Source: an uncultured Bacilli bacterium (lineage in GTDB: Bacteria; Bacillota_I; Bacilli_A; RF39; UBA660). Taken from it: 64,000 nt of DNA. The notes beneath the pieces were generated by a model. It worked only from the letters and a program-made list of their open reading frames with translations, ran no database searches and was not told where the DNA came from. Position numbers and translations under genes: made by a program. The DNA lies in contig CAKOMY010000001.1 in assembly GCA_934096815.1 (NCBI GenBank), positions 156,614 to 220,613 on the forward strand, written 5' to 3'. This document shows, one piece after another, positions 50,796-59,543 of this stretch. The first letter of the stretch is position 1; the number at the start of each line of letters is the position of its first letter.

Positions 50796-51678
50796 TGAAA
50801 ATGAATTTGAGGTATTAGTTTGTTTAGAAAGAGAAAAAAGATGTTGTTCACAACGTGAAGTTGCTAAATTAGCTAATTTATCTTTGGGAACAGTTAATAA
50901 AGCAATGATTTCATTAACTAAAAAGAATTTTATAAGTGAAAATGGTAATATTACTTCCGAAGGTATTAATGCTTTAGAACCATATAGAGTTAAAAGAGCG
51001 GTTTTTTTAGCAGCTGGATTTGGTTCTAGAATGGTTCCTATTACTTTGAATACACCTAAACCTTTAGTTAGAGTAAATGGTAAAAGAATTATTGAAACTT
51101 TAATAGATGCAGTCAAGAAAGCTGAAATTCCTGAAATTGTTATTGTAACAGGATATTTGCATGAACAATTTGAAGAATTATTAAGGAAATATGACAACAT
51201 TAAATTAATATACAATAAGTTTTATAATGAAATGAATAATATATCTTCTGCATATGTTGTTAAAGATTTATTAAAAAATGCTTATGTATTAGAATCTGAT
51301 TTATTACTTTATAATTCAAATATAATAAGAAAGTACGAATTTCATTCAAATTTCTTAGGAAAAAAGGTGGATGTTACAGATGATTGGTGTTTTGATGTAA
51401 AAAATGGAATTATTATAAAAGAAAGACAAGGTGGCTATGATTGTTATCAAATGTATGGTATTTCATACTATGATGAAAAAGATGGCGAAAAAATATTTTC
51501 TGATATAACTAAAGTTTTTAATATGCCAGGTGGTAAAGAAAAATATTGGGAACAAGTCATTTTGGACGTTTGTAAAAATAATTATAAAATTTATTTAAGA
51601 GAATGCTATGATGGTGATATAATAGAAATAGATTCATTTAAAGAGTTAAAAGAAATTGATAAATCTTATGATATTTAG
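50788..51678 (+). CDS. LicC-like nucleotidyltransferase (NTP_transferase) fused to an N-terminal winged-helix domain
   Basis: AVFLAAGFGSRMVPITLNTPKPLVRVNGKRIIE aligns closely to LicC CTP:phosphocholine cytidylyltransferase. It is preceded by ~75 aa with a MarR/ArsR-like wHTH (VLVCLEREKRCCSQREVAKLANLSLGTVNKAM). The start overlaps the permease stop. Confidence 0.75.
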   Translation: MINENEFEVLVCLEREKRCCSQREVAKLANLSLGTVNKAMISLTKKNFISENGNITSEGINALEPYRVKRAVFLAAGFGSRMVPITLNTPKPLVRVNGKRIIETLIDAVKKAEIPEIVIVTGYLHEQFEELLRKYDNIKLIYNKFYNEMNNISSAYVVKDLLKNAYVLESDLLLYNSNIIRKYEFHSNFLGKKVDVTDDWCFDVKNGIIIKERQGGYDCYQMYGISYYDEKDGEKIFSDITKVFNMPGGKEKYWEQVILDVCKNNYKIYLRECYDGDIIEIDSFKELKEIDKSYDI

Positions 51679-51707
51679 ATAATAATTTTTTATCAGTGGA
51701 GGTTTTT

Positions 51708-54608
51708 ATGGTAAAAGAAAATAAAATATCTTTACTTTTTGTGTTATTACCATTTCTTGATTTATTTACAGCATTATTTACAAGAAACACTATTTTTGTT
51801 ATTTCTCCTGGAATAATTTTTAAGAGTTTATTACTTTTATATTTTGTAGTATATATATTAAACTCTAAATCAAAGTTTAAAAAAGTTTTGATTTGCTATT
51901 TAATATTTATATTGCTTTATTTATTTATGTATTTCATCATTAAGAATGATCTTCTTGATTTAAATTATTTATTAACTGAACTTACTTTTTTATTTAAATT
52001 AATTTATTTTCCTATTTGTTTTATGGGATTATTGTGTTTTTTTGATGATAACAATATTAAAGAGAATACTATTACTGGTATTTTTAAATACAGTTTAATT
52101 ATTTATGTATTATTACTAATTATTCCTACAATATTTGGTATTTCTTATACTACTTATCCAATGCATTTAAAAGGATATATTGGATTATATTATGCAGGAA
52201 ATGAGATTGCTAATATAATGGTTATATTATTTCCATTTGCTTATTTATTTATTAATAAAAGTAAATATAGTTTTTTAATTATTTTTCCAATTATTCTTGT
52301 TATGATGATGATTGGAACTAAAGTCGCGACCTTTGGTTGTTTAATAATTACAATATTATCATTAATATTTAGTATAATAAAAAATAAATTTAGAATTAAT
52401 AAAGTTGTAATTAAGTGTTTTTCTATATTTGTATTTGCTTTATTTATATCTACAAATTCATATGCTGTTTATAATTATAATTATATAAAGAATAATGTTT
52501 ATAATGATGAAAGTAAAGAAATTATTATTGATGATAATAATAAAGCAAAAGTTGAGGAAATTCAAGGATATTTAAATATTTTTTATGATAAAAATAAATT
52601 AACTAAAATAATTAGACCATTAGTAAGTGGTAGGGATATACTTCTTGCTAATACGATAAGTATATATAATGATTTAGATAATGATTCTAATATATGGTTA
52701 GGAATAGGTTTTTCTAATACTAATAGCGTTAATAATACAAATGTTGCTAGGTTAATAGAAATTGATATTTGTGATTTATATTTTCATTTTGGAATTATTG
52801 GGTTATTAATTTCTTTATTTCCATTTATAATTGTTGGTTATTTATTTATTGTTAATTTTAGTAAAATTAAACTTAATAGTATATATTTATTATTTATATT
52901 ATTTCTTGTGATTGGTGTTTCAACATTTAGTGGACATATTTTATTTGCGCCAGCTGTATCAATTTATTTGGTGTTATTATTGTTATTATTTTTATATGAA
53001 TTTGATTGTTATGGGAGAAAAATTAATAAAAATAAAAAGATATCAATTTTAGCACTTCATTTAGGATATGGTGGTGTTGAAAAATCTATTATTGATCAAG
53101 CTAATATGTTAAGTGAATTTTATGATGTTGAAGTTGTGTCTTTATATAAGCTTTATGATTATATTCCTTATAAGGTTAATGATAAAGTTAAAATGAAATA
53201 TTTATCAAATTTAAAACCAAATAGGAATGAATTTAAAGATGCTGTTAAGAGAGAAAATATTAAAGATATAATTAATGAAGGCTTTAAAGCAATTAAAATA
53301 TTATATTTAAAAAGCAAGTTGATAGGTGATTATATTTATAATTGCGATTCTAATGTTGTTATTTCTTCTAGAATTGATTTTACAAAATTGTTAAATAGAT
53401 ATGGTAATAATTTAGCTGTAAAAGTAGCTGAGGAGCATGTCTATCATAATAATAGTAAAAAATATTTTAAATTGTTAAAGAAATCTATGAAAAATATAAA
53501 TTATTTAATTCCTGCAAGTAAATATTTATATGATGATTATGAAAAATTATTTAAAAATGAAAATGTGATTGTTAAATATATACCTCAAATTGTTGGTGAT
53601 ATTCCTTTAAATAAAAGTAAATGTAATAATTATAATATTGTTTCAGTTGGAAGATTATCTAAAGAAAAGGGATATGATGATTTGATTAAAGTGTTTGATT
53701 TAGTTCATAAAAAAAATAAAAAAATTAAACTTACAATTGTTGGTGATGGAGATGAAAAAGAAAATTTAGAAAATTTGGTCAGTCAATATAAGTTAAATAA
53801 GTATATAAAATTTACTGGTTTTTTAACTCAAGATAAGTTAAAAGATGTATATATTAATTCTTCATTATATGTTATGACTTCTTTAGAAGAATCTTTTGGT
53901 TTAGTTTTATTAGAAGCAATGAGTTATGGAATACCTTGTGTTGCTTTTGATTCTGCTTTAGGAGCTAAAGAAATAATTGATGATAAATCAGGTATATTGA
54001 TTAAAAATCGTAATTTAGCTGAAATGGCTGATACTATATGTAATTATTTTGATGGAAAATATAAATTCAATATTTCTGATAAGATTCAAAATTATTCATA
54101 TGATAAAGTTAAAATTGTGTGGAGAAATTTTGTTGATGATTGTTTAAATAAAAATGATAAAAAAAGATGTTTATTTGTTTCTAGTCAAGGTGGTCATTTA
54201 AATGAATTGTTGAAATTAGAAGATACTATTAATAATTATAATTCTTTAGTGATTACTGAAAGATGCAATAATAATTTAAAATATAAAACTAAATATTTGA
54301 TGGCTACAACTAGATATCAATTTAGTTATGTTTACGGTATATTTTATAATTGTTTTAAGAGCCTAAATATATTTTTGAGTTTTTCCCCTGATGTTATAAT
54401 TTCAACCGGATCTCATACCGCAATACCTTTGTGTTTAATTGGTCACTTATTTGGAAAAAAGATAGTATATATAGAATCTTTTGCAAATATTTCTACTAAA
54501 TCGTTAGCAGGAAGGATAGTTTATAATTTTGCTGATGTTTTTATAGTTCAATGGGAGAATATGCTTAAATTATATCCTAATGCGATATATATAGGAGGTT
54601 TGTATTGA
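51708..54608 (+). CDS. Tri-domain fusion: Wzy/WaaL-like polytopic membrane domain + GT4 glycosyltransferase + Alg14-like domain
   Basis: About 440 aa of TM helices with a Wzy_C-like loop (IWLGIGFSNT...LYFHFGIIGLL). A GT-B/GT4 core (VGRLSKEKGYDDL...EESFGLVLLEAMSYGIPCVAFD). The C-terminal 140 aa match Alg14/Cps14F-like (LFVSSQGGHLNE...GSHTAIP...IESFANIS). Confidence 0.7.
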   Translation: MVKENKISLLFVLLPFLDLFTALFTRNTIFVISPGIIFKSLLLLYFVVYILNSKSKFKKVLICYLIFILLYLFMYFIIKNDLLDLNYLLTELTFLFKLIYFPICFMGLLCFFDDNNIKENTITGIFKYSLIIYVLLLIIPTIFGISYTTYPMHLKGYIGLYYAGNEIANIMVILFPFAYLFINKSKYSFLIIFPIILVMMMIGTKVATFGCLIITILSLIFSIIKNKFRINKVVIKCFSIFVFALFISTNSYAVYNYNYIKNNVYNDESKEIIIDDNNKAKVEEIQGYLNIFYDKNKLTKIIRPLVSGRDILLANTISIYNDLDNDSNIWLGIGFSNTNSVNNTNVARLIEIDICDLYFHFGIIGLLISLFPFIIVGYLFIVNFSKIKLNSIYLLFILFLVIGVSTFSGHILFAPAVSIYLVLLLLLFLYEFDCYGRKINKNKKISILALHLGYGGVEKSIIDQANMLSEFYDVEVVSLYKLYDYIPYKVNDKVKMKYLSNLKPNRNEFKDAVKRENIKDIINEGFKAIKILYLKSKLIGDYIYNCDSNVVISSRIDFTKLLNRYGNNLAVKVAEEHVYHNNSKKYFKLLKKSMKNINYLIPASKYLYDDYEKLFKNENVIVKYIPQIVGDIPLNKSKCNNYNIVSVGRLSKEKGYDDLIKVFDLVHKKNKKIKLTIVGDGDEKENLENLVSQYKLNKYIKFTGFLTQDKLKDVYINSSLYVMTSLEESFGLVLLEAMSYGIPCVAFDSALGAKEIIDDKSGILIKNRNLAEMADTICNYFDGKYKFNISDKIQNYSYDKVKIVWRNFVDDCLNKNDKKRCLFVSSQGGHLNELLKLEDTINNYNSLVITERCNNNLKYKTKYLMATTRYQFSYVYGIFYNCFKSLNIFLSFSPDVIISTGSHTAIPLCLIGHLFGKKIVYIESFANISTKSLAGRIVYNFADVFIVQWENMLKLYPNAIYIGGLY

Positions 54609-55081
54609 AAATTTTTGTTACTTTAGGTAGTAGTAATCAAAATTTTAATAGATTACTAAAAAAAATAGATGAGCTTGCAAAAAATAATATTATTGATGAT
54701 GTAATTGTTCAGTCTAATTCAAGTGATTATGTTCCTAAAAACTATATAATTAAAAATCATTTAAATTTTGATGAGTATAAAAAGTATGTTGAAAACTGTG
54801 AAATTTTGATAACTCATGGTGGTGTTGGATGTATTTTTGATGGATTAATGAATAATAAAAAGATTATTGCATTTCCTAGGATGAGTGAATATCATGAAGC
54901 TGTTAATGATCATCAAAAACAAATTGTAGATAAATTTTATAGTGATGGATATATATTAACTGGTAATATTGATGATTTAGATAAATTAATCACAAATATT
55001 GATAGTTTTACTCCAAAAAAATATAAATCTAATACTAATTTATTTAATAAAAAACTTATTGACATTATCGAAAAATTATAG
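54605..55081 (+). CDS. Alg13-like glycosyltransferase catalytic subunit (Glyco_tran_28_C; Cps14G/EpsF-like)
   Basis: TTG start overlapping the upstream TGA, with an AGGAGG RBS. MKIFVTLGSS ... ITHGGVGCIF motifs. Confidence 0.75.
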   Translation: MKIFVTLGSSNQNFNRLLKKIDELAKNNIIDDVIVQSNSSDYVPKNYIIKNHLNFDEYKKYVENCEILITHGGVGCIFDGLMNNKKIIAFPRMSEYHEAVNDHQKQIVDKFYSDGYILTGNIDDLDKLITNIDSFTPKKYKSNTNLFNKKLIDIIEKL

Positions 55082-55102
55082 AGAGCCTATTTGCTCTTTT
55101 TA
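55082..55102 (+). terminator. Terminator after the Alg13-like gene
   Basis: AGAGC-loop-GCTCT followed by T5. Confidence 0.6.
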
Positions 55103-55261
55103 ATTTAAATAATTTTGATACGAATAATTGCTAATCTTGCTAGGCTTTTATTTTAAGGTATAAAAACATTGTAAAAGCAGAAACTTTTGTATTATACGTT
55201 AAAAAACTTGAAATACTATTAATTTAGTTTTTTTTTTGTTATGATTATATCGTGGTGGAAA

Positions 55262-56257
55262 ATGAAAATAGATATGTATGATTTTGATGATACCATTTAT
55301 AATGGGGATTCAACTGTTGATTTTATAAAATATTGTTATAAACATAAGTATATTAAATTTAGGGATATAATAAAGATTATAGGAGCTTTTATTAAATATT
55401 TTTTTGGGGTTATTAATATAACTCAGTTTAAAGAGGTATTATTTAGTTTTTTAAATAATGTTAATGATGGGTATTGCTTAGTAAATGATTTTTGGGATGA
55501 ACATTATAAAAATATTAAGAAATTTTATTTAGATAAAAATCATGATAATGATGTTATTAATTCTGCTAGTCCTTATTTCTTACTTAAGCCTGTTTGTGAT
55601 AAGTTAAGCGTTAAAGATTTAATTGCATCTGATGTAGATTTAAAAACTGGAAGGTTTAGAGAAAAAAATAATAGTAGAGAGGTAAAAGTAGATAATTATA
55701 AAAAAAAATATATAAATTATATTTTAGATGAATGTTATAGTGATAATCCTTTTAATGATAAATTTATATTAGAACTTGCTAATAAGCCTTATGTGGTTAA
55801 GGGAGAAAAATTAATTAATTATTATGATTATAAACCATCTTTTGTAAAATCTATTTTTAGAAAGTTATGGGGATTTTATAGAAGTCATTTAGAAGTTATA
55901 AATTATTTATTTATAGGTGGTTGTACAACTGTTATATCAATTTTAAGTTATGCTTTATTTGCTAAAGTTTGTTATCTTGATTTAGTTGTATCTAATGTGT
56001 TATCATGGATTATGGCTGTTTTATTTGCTTATTTTACTAATAGAGTTATAGTTTTTAATAGTAAAAATAAGAATTATATAAAAGAGTTTATTTCATTTAC
56101 GGGAAGTAGGGTTATAACTTTAATTCTTGATACTTTGTTAATGATTTTGTTTGTTAGGTCATTAAATATGAATGATATGATAGCTAAGTTAATTGTTCAA
56201 ATTGTTGTTATTATTGGAAATTATTTAATTAGTAAATTACTAGTGTTTAAGAAGTAG
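55262..56257 (+). CDS. HAD-superfamily hydrolase domain fused to a GtrA-like 4-TM domain
   Basis: HAD motif I DFDDT at the N-terminus. The C-terminal 120 aa match the GtrA family (LFIGGCTTVISILSYALFAKV ... ISKLLVFKK). Confidence 0.65.
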   Translation: MKIDMYDFDDTIYNGDSTVDFIKYCYKHKYIKFRDIIKIIGAFIKYFFGVINITQFKEVLFSFLNNVNDGYCLVNDFWDEHYKNIKKFYLDKNHDNDVINSASPYFLLKPVCDKLSVKDLIASDVDLKTGRFREKNNSREVKVDNYKKKYINYILDECYSDNPFNDKFILELANKPYVVKGEKLINYYDYKPSFVKSIFRKLWGFYRSHLEVINYLFIGGCTTVISILSYALFAKVCYLDLVVSNVLSWIMAVLFAYFTNRVIVFNSKNKNYIKEFISFTGSRVITLILDTLLMILFVRSLNMNDMIAKLIVQIVVIIGNYLISKLLVFKK

Positions 56258-56269
56258 GTGTGAATATAT

Positions 56270-56902
56270 ATGAAAAAGTTTATAGGTTTTTATAGGGATT
56301 GCGATTTATTAACCATGACTGGTACTTTTATGGCTCTTTTAGGGTGTATTTTATCAATTAATGGTAGTCGTGTTATACCTATATTTTGTTTAATTATATC
56401 GGGGATATGTGATGCTTTTGATGGTAAGCTTGCAAGAAGAAAACTTTGTTCTAATATGCAAAGGGTTTATGGTGTTCAATTAGATTCTTTATCTGATTTA
56501 ATTTCATTTGGTGTTTTTCCTTTAGTTTATACAATTAATATATTACCTAAGAATTATTATTTTGGATGGATTGCTTTAATATTTTATAGTCTATGTGGTA
56601 TGATTAGACTTGCTTACTTTAATACTCTTGATATATGTAAGAAAGCTGATAAAAAATGTTTTGTTGGTATGCCAATTACTTCTATTGCTATTTTTTATCC
56701 AATTGTTTTTATGTTTTTATGGGTAGTTAAATTTAAATTTTATCCGGAAATTGTTTCTGTTTTTATGATTTTAATGGGATTATCATTTATTAGTACTATT
56801 AAAATAAAGAAATTAGATGATAAGAAAAAGATTGTTCTTTCGATTGGCGGTATATTATTTATTATTTGTTTTTTAGTTTTTTATTTCTTTTGTAGAAAAT
56901 AA
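56270..56902 (+). CDS. CDP-alcohol phosphatidyltransferase, PssA-like
   Basis: DAFDGKLARRKLCSNMQRVYGVQLDSLSDLISFG fits D-G-x2-A-R-x8-G-x3-D-x3-D. The best resemblance is to B. subtilis phosphatidylserine synthase. No psd gene is adjacent. Confidence 0.7.
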   Translation: MKKFIGFYRDCDLLTMTGTFMALLGCILSINGSRVIPIFCLIISGICDAFDGKLARRKLCSNMQRVYGVQLDSLSDLISFGVFPLVYTINILPKNYYFGWIALIFYSLCGMIRLAYFNTLDICKKADKKCFVGMPITSIAIFYPIVFMFLWVVKFKFYPEIVSVFMILMGLSFISTIKIKKLDDKKKIVLSIGGILFIICFLVFYFFCRK

Positions 56903-57039
56903 TAAATTTGTATGTTATTTAATACAAATTTTTTTATTTTGTTAGACAAATTAATTAATTTTGGTAGTATATTTTATTTTTTTGTTATTTGCAAGTTAAA
57001 CTTAAGTATAATAAAATGCTTTTTGTAAGGAGAGATGTT

Positions 57040-58902
57040 ATGCTTGAACTTAGAAATATATGTAAAAAATATGATAGAGATGTTTTAAAAAAAATAAATT
57101 TAAAATTTGGTAATAGAGGTCTTATTTGTTTAGTTGGAGAATCTGGTAGTGGTAAGTCAACGCTTTTAAATATTATAGGTGGATTAGAACGGGCTGATAG
57201 TGGTAAAGTTTTAATTGATGGAGTTAACATTAATAAATTTGATAGTTCATATTATCATAACCAAGTTGTTAGTTATATTAATCAAAATTATAATTTAATT
57301 GATAATTATAGTACTTTAGATAATGCTTTATTACCAATTGATATTAGAAGAAATAGAAGTCCTAGTTTTGATAATAAAATATTTAAAATGTTAGGTATAA
57401 GTAGTTTAAAAAATAGTAAGGTATCTTCTTTAAGTGGAGGAGAAAAGCAAAGAGTTGCTATTGCTAGGTGTATAATGCAAAATACAAAAATTATTTTAGC
57501 AGATGAACCTACTGGAGCACTTGATTTAGATAATTCTTATAAGATTATGGAGATTCTTAAAAATTTATCGAAGAAAAAATTGGTTATTGTAGTTACACAT
57601 AATATGGAACTAGCTAATAAGTTTGCTGATGAGGTAATAAAACTAGTTGATGGTAAAATAGAAGAAAATGAAAAAAAACAGATTAGATCATATTTTAATT
57701 TAAGACGAAAATATGAGGTTAAATTAACAATAAGTAAATTATGTAAATATGCAGTTAAGAATATAAAAAATAAATTGTTAAGAAATATTTTAGTTGTTCT
57801 AGCATTTACTATTGGTTTATGTAGTTTAGGTTTAGTGTTATCAATTAGAAATGGTTTTAAGAAGGAATTAGATAATTTAAATGGTTCATCATTTTTTAAT
57901 TATCCAATTATTATTAGTAAAAGTAATTATGTTGATGATTTTAATAGTAAGTTAGAAAATATTAAAGGAATAAATGTGAAAAAAGGAACATTTATAAATA
58001 ATGTTATAGATGATAAGCTAATTAATATTATAAATGAGATAGATAAAAAGTATGTTAAAGCTGTTAGTTATTATAGAAATATTGATTATAATTTTAAAAG
58101 TGTGTCGTATGTAAATCCTTCAAACAATTATTTTTATATATTAGATGGTAAATGGCCGGAAAATGATAATGAGGTACTAATTCTTTATGATGAAGATAAT
58201 TCAATAAGTGAAAAAGTTTATAATTATTTGGATGTGGAAAAAAAGGGACTTATTAACAATATATTTTATGTTAATGGGAAGGAACTTAAAGTTTGTGGTG
58301 TTGTTAGATCTAATAATGATTATTTTAAGGATTTAAGTGGGATAATTTATTCTAATAATTTATTTGATAATGAGATAACGGATATCTTTATTTATTCAAG
58401 TGATTTGGAATCTAAAAATATAATTAAAGATAAATTAAAGGATTATAATATTTTAGATAATGCGGAAGATATAGTTAATAATTCGAAAAAAATAGTTGAT
58501 GGAATTAGTATTGTTTTAATATTATTTAGTGTTATTAGTTTGATTGTTTCAGTTATTATGATATTTGTTATTTCTTATATTTCAGTTATTGAGAGATATA
58601 AAGATATTGGTATTTATAAAAGTATTGGTTTTAGAAATAAAGATGTTAAAAACTTATTTTGCTTAGAAAATATATTGATAGGTGTTTGTTCATTTGTTTA
58701 TTCAAATGTGATGTTGATATTAATAGGTAATAAGATAAATTATTATGTTAGTAGTTATGTTAATATTAATAAAATTATGGTTATTAGTTTTTCTAATGTT
58801 TTAATTATTGGTTTTTTAAGTATATTTCTATGTTTTATTGCTAGTTTGATTCCTGCATGTATTGCATCTAAAAAGAAAATTATTGATGTTATGAATAATT
58901 AA
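57040..58902 (+). CDS. ABC transporter, fused ATP-binding and FtsX/MacB-type permease
   Basis: AAGGAGAG RBS. Walker A GESGSGKST, LSGGEKQR and ILADEPTGALD motifs. C-terminal 4-TM FtsX-like domain. Confidence 0.85.
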   Translation: MLELRNICKKYDRDVLKKINLKFGNRGLICLVGESGSGKSTLLNIIGGLERADSGKVLIDGVNINKFDSSYYHNQVVSYINQNYNLIDNYSTLDNALLPIDIRRNRSPSFDNKIFKMLGISSLKNSKVSSLSGGEKQRVAIARCIMQNTKIILADEPTGALDLDNSYKIMEILKNLSKKKLVIVVTHNMELANKFADEVIKLVDGKIEENEKKQIRSYFNLRRKYEVKLTISKLCKYAVKNIKNKLLRNILVVLAFTIGLCSLGLVLSIRNGFKKELDNLNGSSFFNYPIIISKSNYVDDFNSKLENIKGINVKKGTFINNVIDDKLINIINEIDKKYVKAVSYYRNIDYNFKSVSYVNPSNNYFYILDGKWPENDNEVLILYDEDNSISEKVYNYLDVEKKGLINNIFYVNGKELKVCGVVRSNNDYFKDLSGIIYSNNLFDNEITDIFIYSSDLESKNIIKDKLKDYNILDNAEDIVNNSKKIVDGISIVLILFSVISLIVSVIMIFVISYISVIERYKDIGIYKSIGFRNKDVKNLFCLENILIGVCSFVYSNVMLILIGNKINYYVSSYVNINKIMVISFSNVLIIGFLSIFLCFIASLIPACIASKKKIIDVMNN

Positions 58903-58960
58903 TTATTTCTTATTTTTATTTTAGATAGTATAATTAGTTTATATAAGAGGATGATAATAT

Positions 58961-59521
58961 ATGATTATACCAGTTGGAATTAGTAATAGACATGTACATT
59001 TAACTGAAGCTGTATGGAAAGAAATATTTGGAGATGAGGAAATTACTGTAAGAAACTATTTAAATCAACCAGGACAATTTGCTAGTAATATGACTGTTGA
59101 TATAATGGTTAATGATAATAGAATTGATCATGTTAGAGTTGTTGGACCTTTAAGAAACTATAATCAAGTTGAAATTGATGATAGTGATGCAAAAATATTA
59201 GGAGTAGTTCCGCCTAGAAAACAAAGTGGTGATTTGGATGATAGTTTATCAGTAACTGTTATTGGACCAAGGGGAAGTATTTCATTAGATAAGGGTCTTA
59301 TTAGATCTGATGCTCATATTCATATGGACCCTGAGACAGCAATTAAAATGAATTTACTAAATAAAGAAGTAGTTGGTGTATTTAAAAATGGTGTTAAACT
59401 TTTAGATGCTAAAATTAAGATTTTGGATAATTCTTATATAGAAATGCATATTGATAAAGATGAAGAAGTATTATATGACTTACATCAAGGTGATATTGTT
59501 GAATTTAAAAAGACTTTATAA
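58961..59521 (+). CDS. PduL-type phosphotransacylase-like protein
   Basis: The two PduL repeats (ISNRHVHLT... and ...SDAHIHMDPE). Confidence 0.65.
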   Translation: MIIPVGISNRHVHLTEAVWKEIFGDEEITVRNYLNQPGQFASNMTVDIMVNDNRIDHVRVVGPLRNYNQVEIDDSDAKILGVVPPRKQSGDLDDSLSVTVIGPRGSISLDKGLIRSDAHIHMDPETAIKMNLLNKEVVGVFKNGVKLLDAKIKILDNSYIEMHIDKDEEVLYDLHQGDIVEFKKTL

Positions 59522-59543
59522 TATTATAGTGTAGTGATGTTTT

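Noticed and set aside
56270-56902. Calling the CDP-alcohol phosphatidyltransferase gene pgsA.
   Set aside because: The N-terminal region and motif context match PssA-type enzymes better than PgsA. It is left as PssA-like, with the head-group donor undecided.
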